A stretch of DNA of 64,000 nt from an uncultured Erysipelotrichales bacterium (GTDB lineage Bacteria; Bacillota_I; Bacilli_A; Erysipelotrichales; Coprobacillaceae). Shown here piece by piece: positions 9,571-19,100 of the stretch. The notes beneath the pieces are model-generated. The model did no database searches. It was not told the origin of the DNA and saw nothing but the letters and a program-made list of their open reading frames with translations. The stretch is taken from the NCBI GenBank assembly GCA_964372125.1, contig CAYJPL010000006.1:15466-79465 (forward strand), given 5' to 3'. The position numbers and the translations under genes were made by a program. Each line of letters opens with the position of its first letter. Position 1 is the stretch's first letter.

Positions 9571-9607
9571 CAATTCAAACATTCGCACTAGTAAATGTTT
9601 GAATTGG
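9571..9607. repeat. perfect 13-bp inverted repeat (hairpin) at the 5' boundary of the feoB remnant
   Basis: CAATTCAAACATT-cgcactagta-AATGTTTGAATTG. No T-run follows on either strand. The right arm contains the TGA (9600-9602) that closes the feoB reading frame upstream. Confidence 0.8.
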
Positions 9608-10568
9608 ATTCCTTACTGATATAGTGCTGATGTTAAATTTACCAACTCTCTTTGAAAATATTTTAGTTGGTGAATATGGGATATTCGTAATTGGACTTGA
9701 ATGGCCATTTGGCTTAATTCTTCCATATGTTGCAATATTCTACGTTGTATTTACATTCTTAGAAGACTGTGGATTCCTTCCACGAGTTGCAGTGTTATTT
9801 GATAATATTATGAGAAAAATGGGTGTTCAAGGTGGAAGTTTGATAAGTCTTATCATGGGATATGTTTGTGCAGTTCCAGCAATAATTGGAACAAGAACAG
9901 CTACAACAAGAAAAGAACGGCTTATTATAACTTCAATGGTTTGTTTTACAGTTCCATGTGTTTCGCAATCGGGAGCATTAATAGGTCTGTTAGGAGAACA
10001 ATCATTCTTATTAGTTATTCTAATATTCTTATTATCATTCTTAGTAATATTTGTAGTGGGTTTAGTAACTGGAAAATTATTAAAAGGGAAAGTAGATCCA
10101 ATTATTATCGAGGTTCCGGATTTACTTATACCAGAAAGAAAAGCGTATTTCAAAAAATTAGTGATTCGTATGAAGGGATTCCTTTTAGAAGCAGAGGGTC
10201 CAATGTTAGTTGCAGTAATTATTGCAGCAGTAATTATTGCAGCAGGAATTCTAAATGGCTTTGCAACATTTGTTGAACCAATAGTATCTGGAATGTTAGG
10301 TTTATCAAAAGATGTGTCACTATTCTTACTATTAGGGGTAATAAGAAGAGAAATGGCTGTGGCACCATTATAAGAAATGAATTTAAATTCGTTACAATTA
10401 TTAGTAGGATGTGTGGTTGCATTGCTATATGTACCATGTATATCTGTATTAGGTGTAATTTCTAGAGAGTTTAATGCAAAAGATGCTATTACGATTGGTA
10501 TAACTACATTTACTAGTGCTATTTTACTTGGTTCGTTAGTCAATTTCATTGGTGGCTTTTTCATTTAG
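9603..10568 (+). pseudogene. feoB: ferrous iron transporter FeoB remnant: membrane domain only, with an in-frame stop
   Basis: LEDCGFLPRVAVLFDNIMRKMGVQGGSLISLIMGYVCAVPAIIGTRT matches the conserved FeoB gate region. There is no N-terminal G-domain (roughly 300 aa missing). An in-frame TAA at 10374-10376 splits the ORFs 9624-10373 and 10377-10568. Confidence 0.75.
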
Positions 10569-10854
10569 AAAAGTGAGGGGAAAATATGTTACAATAATCG
10601 AAATAATGATTGCAGCATTTTACATTCTTTGTGGAATGTTTAGACTGGCTAGATATAATTTTGGTGACTTTACTGATCACTTTGTCGGTGTACCAACCAC
10701 ATTTGCAGGACTAATGATGTGTATATATATTTTCATATCAAATTCGCTTTGCCACCACTGGGGTGGAAATGAAGTATATAGTATAGGGAGTTATATATTT
10801 ATATGTTTATTAGGTTTTGCGATGATATCTAATTTCAAAGTAAAAAGGGTGTAA
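10549..10854 (+). pseudogene. pssA: CDP-diacylglycerol-serine O-phosphatidyltransferase remnant (C-terminal half only)
   Basis: ILCGMFRLARYNFGDFTDHFVGVPTTFAGL...LGFAMISNFKVKRV aligns by eye with the C-terminal ~85 aa of Bacillus-type PssA (ICGMLRLSKFN...FIGMPIPFAGM...LMVSKIKFPHF). The catalytic D-G-x2-A-R...D-x3-D half is absent. Homology starts within about 15 nt of the feoB stop. Confidence 0.65.
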
Positions 10855-11401
10855 TGGAGGTGGTTTTGCAGTTGCATCAGTATATCAATTGGATGTAGCC
10901 TATCAAGTAGATGGAATTGTATCACTTGCAGGATTTTGGAAAAATGTCAATGTAATAGAAGATATTGCAAGAGAGAATGTTGGTGAAACCATTGTATTAC
11001 TTCATCCCCATTTAGTACTATATGAAAAATTTTTGTTTGGTGAAAATGCGGAGTTAAATGGTGTAACTGGATTACAAAATACAGATATGCCTGTACTTAT
11101 GATTCATAGTGAAAACGATAAAATCGTATCGTTTGAAACAAACTATGAAGTATACAAAGAAGAATTTGAAGATGAATCAAGATTTACTTTTATTGAATAT
11201 AGTGATGCTGGACATAAACTAACTGTTGTAGAGGAATCATACGATCGAATCCATGATATCATGCATCATCAACTAGAGCATGATGAAGACAGTGCTGAAT
11301 TTAAAGAATTAAATGATGAAAGACATTCTCTAATTACTGATTTAAATTATGATGTAATGAATGATGTGTTAGAGTTTTGTGATGAAATAACTAAACAATA
11401 A
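10844..11401 (+). pseudogene. alpha/beta-fold hydrolase remnant (C-terminal part only)
   Basis: The frame opens at 10844, directly after a stop. GGFAVASV (post-nucleophile-elbow region), PVLMIHSENDKIV and SDAGHKL (catalytic Asp/His regions) are present, but the N-terminal ~100+ aa and the GxSxG serine are missing. Only a TTG start (10889) is available. Confidence 0.5.
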
Positions 11402-11525
11402 GTTAAAAGTACTTGTAAAAATGCAGGTATTTTTAATTTACACAAATAGTTCTTGCTTTTTTAAATAGTTAGACTTATAATCTATAAGGTTTGAATAATA
11501 ATTGAACCCGGATAGGAGCTTATAT

Positions 11526-12941
11526 ATGAAAGAAAATTATGATGTTATCGTAGTGGGTGCTGGTCCAGCTGGAATTATGACTTGTTATGAGTTATATTTA
11601 AAAGATCCAACTACGAGTGTATTGCTTGTGGATAAGGGGCTTGATGTTATGAATCGTCGCTGTCCTATCAAAGACAAAAAAATTAAATTTTGTCCAATTA
11701 TTAAAGATAATAAACCTGGATGTATGCCGGCTTGTTCAATCACTGCTGGATTTGGTGGTGCTGGTGCATATTCAGATGGAAAGTTTAACATCACTAGTGA
11801 ATTTGGTGGTTGGTTGACAGATTATTTAGATAATAATGAAGTAGAAGAGATTATTAGTTATGTTGATAGTTTGTATCTAAAACATGGTGCAACTAAAAAA
11901 ATAACAGATCCAACAACTACAAAAATTAAAGAAATTGAACATCGTGGATATTCGGTAGGTCTTAAGTTATTACGTGCAAAAGTAAGACACTTAGGAACAG
12001 AAGAAAATTTACGTATTATGACTGAAATGTCAACGGAATTAAAAGAACATATTGATATGGCATTTAAAACAACTGTTGATGAAATTATTGTGGAAGATAA
12101 TAAAGCAAAAGGAATTAAACTTGAAGACGGAACTAAAATTACTGCAAATAAAGTAGTATTAGCACCAGGACGTGATGGTTCAACATGGCTTACAAAAGTG
12201 CTAAAAGATCATGGTTTAGATTTATATAATAACCAAGTTGATATTGGTGTACGTGTAGAAACAAGTAATATAGTAATGGAAGAGATTAATGAACATTTAT
12301 ATGAAGGTAAATTTGTATATAACACAAGTGTTGGTACAAAAGTTAGAACATTCTGTTCAAATCCATCAGGGCATGTTGTAGTAGAAAATCACTCTGGGAC
12401 AATGCTTGCAAATGGACATGCATATCATGATCCAAAGTTAGGAAGCCCTAATACAAACTTTGCATTGCTTGTATCACATACATTTAGTGAACCATTTAAT
12501 GAACCTAATGAATTTGCACATGAGGTTAGTAGCCTAGCAAATAAACTATCAAATGGTAGTGTCATTGTACAACGATATGGTGATATAAAAAGAGGACGTC
12601 GTACAACGGTAAAACGTCTTAAGGAAGGATATACAAATCCAACATTACCTGAAGCAGTACCAGGGGATTTAGGTTTAGTTTTACCATATAATACTATGAA
12701 ATCAATCATTGAAATGATTGAAGCTTTAGATACAGTTACTCCAGGTATCGCAAATGAGCATACATTATTATATGGTGTTGAAGCAAAATTCTACTCAGCA
12801 AGACCAAAAGTAAGAGAAGGTTTTGAAAGTAATATAGATGGTTTATATGTAGCTGGAGATGGAGCAGGATTAACACGTGGACTTGCACAAGCAGGTGCTA
12901 ATGGTGTCGTTGTTGCAAGACATATAATAGAAAATAAGTAA
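11526..12941 (+). CDS. FAD-dependent oxidoreductase (COG2509-like)
   Basis: N-terminal dinucleotide-binding motif DVIVVGAGPAGI and C-terminal GDGAG. My preferred start is the ATG at 11526 after GGAG; the ORF track starts at 11502. Confidence 0.75.
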   Translation: MKENYDVIVVGAGPAGIMTCYELYLKDPTTSVLLVDKGLDVMNRRCPIKDKKIKFCPIIKDNKPGCMPACSITAGFGGAGAYSDGKFNITSEFGGWLTDYLDNNEVEEIISYVDSLYLKHGATKKITDPTTTKIKEIEHRGYSVGLKLLRAKVRHLGTEENLRIMTEMSTELKEHIDMAFKTTVDEIIVEDNKAKGIKLEDGTKITANKVVLAPGRDGSTWLTKVLKDHGLDLYNNQVDIGVRVETSNIVMEEINEHLYEGKFVYNTSVGTKVRTFCSNPSGHVVVENHSGTMLANGHAYHDPKLGSPNTNFALLVSHTFSEPFNEPNEFAHEVSSLANKLSNGSVIVQRYGDIKRGRRTTVKRLKEGYTNPTLPEAVPGDLGLVLPYNTMKSIIEMIEALDTVTPGIANEHTLLYGVEAKFYSARPKVREGFESNIDGLYVAGDGAGLTRGLAQAGANGVVVARHIIENK

Positions 12942-12968
12942 ATTATTGATAATAATGATTATTTCATC

Positions 12969-12992
12969 AAATCCCCAATAGGGGATTTTTTT
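12969..12992 (+). terminator. rho-independent terminator
   Basis: AAATCCCC-AATA-GGGGATTT followed by a T-run. Confidence 0.8.
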
Positions 12993-13089
12993 GTTCTTCA
13001 GAAATTGAAACAATAATTCATGGTGTTTTTGTATGAAATAAGCAAGATAAATCACACATTTTATTTTATTATAAATACACGTTAATGAG

Positions 13090-13109
13090 TTATACAATCG
13101 ATTGTATAA
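13090..13109. promoter_or_regulatory. perfect 20-bp palindrome, candidate operator upstream of the giant surface-protein gene
   Basis: TTATACAATCGATTGTATAA is identical to its reverse complement. Its right arm overlaps the candidate -35 (TTGTAT, 13102-13107). Confidence 0.45.
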
Positions 13110-13130
13110 AATAGAACTTAGTGATAATAT
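13102..13130 (+). promoter_or_regulatory. candidate sigma-A promoter of the giant surface-protein gene
   Basis: TTGTAT, a 17-nt spacer, then an extended -10 TGATAATAT; about 55 nt upstream of the ATG at 13185. Confidence 0.45.
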
Positions 13131-13184
13131 GTGACTATAATAGGAAGTAAGCGTAATGAATTTGTATGAAAGAAAGGAGATAAA

Positions 13185-16100
13185 ATGAAGAATATAAGAA
13201 AATTATTCTCAATCTTACTTGCTGTATTTATCGCTATGCAACCTTTATGGATAGCTAGTGCAGTAGAAATAGAAAGTGAGCCATCTATTGAAGTTGATAT
13301 AACAACAGTTATTTTAGAATTTCAACTAGATGAAAATACTAAAAATCAAAAAACAATAATAGACAGTAACTATGAACCTATACTTCCTAAGGACATAACT
13401 GTTATTACAAATGTATTAGATCAAAATGGAAAAATCGACGAAACAAAGGAGGGAACAACACAAGAAGTCGAAGTAATTTGGAATGAAAAAGATAGTAAAA
13501 CGTTTTTAACAAGTAAAGCAGAAACCTATACTTATCAAGCTCTACTTGTTGATGAAACACTGCAAGTACAAGAAGGTGTTGAATTGCCTACAATTAATAT
13601 TGAGGTAGAAGAGGAAGAAAAAAACATAGAAGAATCCACGACACTAAAAGATGAGCTAGAAGAAACAATTACACAAATACCTGAAGTAAAAAATACACCT
13701 ACAACACAAAGTGAAGTTGAAGCAATCGCAATAAATGCAAGAGGTGATATATATTTTAGGAGCTCAGATATCCCCTATGCTCCAGTTGATGATAAATCTT
13801 GGAGTTGGGACTATGTAGAAAGTAAAATACCGGATACTGGCTCTTATAGTTATGCATTAGGGGTAAACTTTGATCCTGATTTAGAACCAGGAGCGAAAAG
13901 AATTATTGAGGTAAATATAGATCCATATAATAATGGAGAATATCATGCACTTCAAATTGCTAATGCTGCATTTGGCTCTGACTACATAGACCAGGACAAA
14001 TCATATTACACAAGTACAAAAATTTATTATGTATTTGACAATGATGCATTAAATGGAGCCGAAGCGATAATGACATTCAGCCTTGAAATTTCCAATAAGT
14101 ATAATGGTGGAACAACAAATTACCACATTGCTGAAGGTACAATTGCATCAGCAATAGGGTATATGTTATTAAATGCTCCTAATGCTGATTTAGGAATCAA
14201 AGTACAAGAATATCAACAAGGCACAGATGTAAGTGCACTTAATGAAGAACTAGTTCTAGAGGATAGTGAAGTATCGCTGAAACATACTATTCGTAGGGAT
14301 AATCACGGGACACAACCAATTATCTCTGAATATTCGCTAGTTTATGAGTCACTTAGTAATAATGTTACAGATAAAACAATAACTGAATTATGGTTAGGAA
14401 ATGATGGACATTTATACTATAATGATCCAACAACTAACTTACCTATAGACAGTCAGTCATATGGATATGCATTTAGATTTACTGAAGAAGATCATGCACC
14501 AGTAGGCAATTTTAAATGGTCGCTAACAATGCCAGAGGAAATACCGATATGGTACACTACTACTAGTCATATCCCGTACACGCTTACAATTAATGAAGAA
14601 AATGGTTCTTATAGTATGATAGATATTAGAAATTCACTTACTATGTCAAATGGATATATGAGTACTGGAAATGTAAGTGCTACAGGTTATGGAGAGATGC
14701 TTACTGGTATCAAATCGACTCCGACGCAAATGCAATTTGCATTCAGGAGTTCTGGTACTGGTGGGTATGGTATTAGAGGACCACTACCACTACATCAATA
14801 TACAGAAAATGGTACTTATGAAAGTGAAGTAATAACAGCTGAATATGATCAAGTAGTACCAGATACGGAGAATGGTGGATACAAGATTGAACATTTCACG
14901 CAAGAATTTGGCAAAATGGTAATTCATGTACCTGAGTATGTTTATGAGGATAGAATCACAATGGAAGCATCGATTCCGGAAAAAGTAAATTATGATGATC
15001 CAACAGGAATGGAGTACAATTTCTCAATTTTTAATAATGTGCTTGATGCAGATGTGAATGAAAATATTGCTCCATATTTCCACAATGGTGGGGTTATGAC
15101 AATGACATTTAATGATGAAAACTTTGACCCACATACCATTAAGCTGGACAATGAATTTGGTGAATTTATTTCATATCAAGTTGAATATGCAGATGGTACA
15201 TTTGGACCAGTAAGAAATGTTAATGGTGAGTTCACTGTTGATGCAATGCCAAACTTAGCTGGATATGATGCAATAAATGTAAGGTTCAATATTTCCGAAC
15301 AAGGACTAGTAAGAGATGGGTATACTGTAAATTATGAGACAGGTGGTTTTTTCACAGGTGAATTTACTGAACCAACAGGAACCAACTCAATAAAAGTAGA
15401 TGTTAATTTTTCCAGTGATGGTAATGGAACTAACGCTACGCCAGTTTCATTTGATAAAGAAATAACTTGGGAATACGAAACAGGAACAGACTATTTACAC
15501 CTGTATCAGGAGTTTGATAATCCAACAATATTAGTAAATGATAATAAAAATTATTTGACTAGTCACAGTAATGCTGACTTACATTTAGGAGCTGCTATTC
15601 CTGAAGATGCCATTGAATCATCAGTGGTCTATAGAAATGTTGATGTTAACATGTTCGATACATCACTTGCTACAGACGAAGAACATGCAAAACAGATAAA
15701 TGCAGTACTAGCTCAAGGTGGGTATAGTTTTACATTCGATGGTACAGATAAATCAATCGAGTATGAAACATTGGATGAACCTGATGTAAAAGTATGGATT
15801 GAGTATACAACATATCTAGAAGAGGAACCTAGAAAGCAATATCTTGACACAAGGACGAAGGATACATATACAATAACCTTGGAGGAAGGAGATTATTTTA
15901 CAAGTATTCACTTTAGAGCAGATAGATTACGTTTGTTAGGGCATGATGTAACAGATGCAAAATTTAAAGAAATGGAATTCGATATCGTATACTTTATAAC
16001 AGATTTCAAATTTAATGCTACAAGACATAGTGATGTTCAAAAAATCACTACACCAAATACAATAGTCATTCCAGCACAAATTATTGCAGATGGATTAGAC

Positions 16101-19100
16101 GATACATGGGCACCAAAGACAAGAACAATAGTAGACGTTAATAATGCGAAAAGATTATCTGCAAATTATGATGAATCAGGTGCGGATCGATACAACTATA
16201 TCAGTTTGACCTACACTGCAACACTCACACCAACAACAATTGTTGATATAAATGAGCCAGAGAAAATAATTGCGAATGTTGTACCCACGGCAACTTCTAC
16301 AAATGGACTATTAAGCTCAAGTGGACAAATGACAATAAATCTTCCATCATCATCTGGAATGCGTTCAGATACACATAGTGATACTGTGTATTATCCAGAA
16401 GGAACAAAAGCATATTTGCAATTAAATACTAAAGTATTCAAGTATATTGGAAAAAATGAAAGAATAGAAGTAGAGGTAATTGATGGAAAAACATTCTTAG
16501 TTTATGATCTATCAGGAATTCAAAATCACGTAAATAGTTTTACAATTGATAATGATGATTTCTGGGTCACAAACAATGTCGAAAGTAGAATACAGACAAC
16601 AATTTTTCTAGACTCATATTTTGATATTGGTCCATTACTCGATACGTCAAATACATTGAGACCATATTATAATTATGTTCCTTCAGCGACATTACAAGGC
16701 TACTTATATGAAAATCCACTTAATTTAGAAAGTGTTGCCGGACCATCAGATACAGTTAACCGATTTGTTCAAATGAACGTTTCAACGCCAACAACTATTG
16801 ATATTGCAGCGTCAGCTAATATATTCCTGTATCCTGGTATTGAAGATGAAGTGCAACAAGTTGAATCAGTAGACTATAATATTCATCATGCAAAATCATT
16901 AATGCTTGGTGTCGATGTTGGTAGTACAGATACAAATTACAAAAACTATCATATGGTAATAGAATTACCAAGAGCTGGAGTTTCATACAAAAATGCATCT
17001 ATGACTAATGCGGTGATTAGCGATGAAAGTATTTATGTACGAGAACTTTCACAAAACGCTGTATCGTTAACGGGTGATTTAACAAAGCTTACAGATGAAA
17101 ATACGCCAACAATACAATTTGCGAGCACAGTTTCATTTGACTTAACTAGCTCGACATCTGAACTTACAGATCTAACATTAGCAACAAACATACAAGACGC
17201 TCGATATGTAGTGGTATCTTTCCCTGAAATTCCTAAAAATACATTTGGTAGTGTGGAAGTTGCATTAACAGGTGATTTCTTTGATGAAACAGAAGTAGAT
17301 GGAATCGAAAACCATACTTTATATGATGCAGCTAACGGAGCTACATCATACGCAAATGTACAAGCAAGATTTGAGTATAATGAAGAGGGTGGCACAGAAG
17401 GTGTATATCTACTAGGTAGTGGTTACTCAGTATCACCTGCGAAATATATATTTAAACATGTAGTACTATCAGGAAAAGTCTTTGAAGAAGATATTATAAA
17501 TTATCCAGATGGAATTTTAAACAATGGTGATACACAATATCATCATACAAATATCATAATTAAAAATCTAAACCAATTAGATGTTGAAGGAAGTCCAGTA
17601 CAAATGGAAGTGATTGCAGGGCCTGATGGAACAGGATACCAAATTATTTTACCACCTATCAAAACAGAAGATGGAGACCCAGCACCATATAACTTGTACT
17701 TGGATTTAGATGCGATGGGTAAAACCGGAACACATACACTTACGAAAAATGCATCAGATTCTCTTAATGTAGAAAACAACAATAATGCACCTAGATTTGC
17801 ACCGGGTGATACGCCTGTAGGTATCCCTATTTATACAGATGAATATGGATATACTTCAATAAGAAGTGCAATACCAACAGTGCCATTAGTGACTGATTTT
17901 GAATTAGAGAATGGTTATGTTGATTTTGGTGTTTATAAAAATCCAACCGTAACAATTACACCAGCAAGAGTTACTATGCCTGAAGGACTAACAAGTACGG
18001 TAAATGTTACTATAAGCGGTGTCGGTACTATTGTAGGTGATGGATATACTCCGGTTGATGGAGGTGAATATGTTGATGTAACATCAGAATTATCTGGAGA
18101 TAAAAAAACTGCAACGGTAACATTGACAGGAAAAAAACCTACTTTAGCTGTGGATGACACTAATATTTATTTAGAGGCGAATACAAAAATACTAAATTAC
18201 TTTGGTGAAGAAATTGAAGGGCCAACATCAGAATACTTAGTATATGAAGGTATTTCAGTAACATTCCATCCATTCGACAAAGATGATAATACAATTATTG
18301 GAACATGGAATGATGGAACTACTGATCCAAGTAAACGAGTATTACTCAATCCAATAGATGGAGAATTTGATAGAGGAACAATATCAAATGTCAATGTTCC
18401 GCTAATAACTGCACCTATGGATCTTGAAAATAATCATGTTTTTGAAGGTTGGCAATTAGAAGATGGCACAAAAATTTACTTTGATGCTAGTCAACAAGAA
18501 TTACCAGCAGATGCAAATCTATACCCAATATTCTCAATTGATGAAATAACTGATCCAAATAATGACTTAAATGGACCTTTACCAGGTGATGGAATTGCAG
18601 ATGTATTCCAAACTTATGTAATTCACGAAGTTACGAATGGAACATGGAATGATGAAGTCGACACACCAGATACTACAACACAAGTAGTAACATTTATTAA
18701 AGATAGACAACCATCAATAGAGGGAGTTGGATATTACACTGTGCCAGAATCTACCCCTACTCATGGATATACAAATGGTCGATGGGATGGTACTACTTCA
18801 ACAGGTGAGATACGCTACAATCCAGAAGTAGTTACATATCGTTATGAATATGCTCCTATTGTTCCAACAGTATCAATCACGGTAGAAGGTAATTTACCTG
18901 AAAATGATATAAAAGAGGTATATAAAAATGAAGATGTAACGCTAATTGCTATTGGCGTTTCAGAAGGGGCTTCAATAACCGATTTAACATATCAGTGGCA
19001 AGAACTTGGTCCAGATAATGTATGGAGAGATATACTAGGTGAAACAAATGTGACATTTGATCCACCTACAGATACGCTTGGTACTAAAAATTATAAAGTT

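Noticed and set aside
9827-10564. A 245-aa ORF antisense to the feoB remnant, plus other long antisense or alternative-frame ORFs in the track (e.g. 3347-3610, 17033-17395, 21610-21969, 36506-36850, 55624-55971).
   Set aside because: All lie fully inside better-supported genes on the opposite strand or frame. They have low-complexity, Ile/Leu/Phe/Ser-rich translations typical of AT-rich shadow ORFs, and they lack RBSs.
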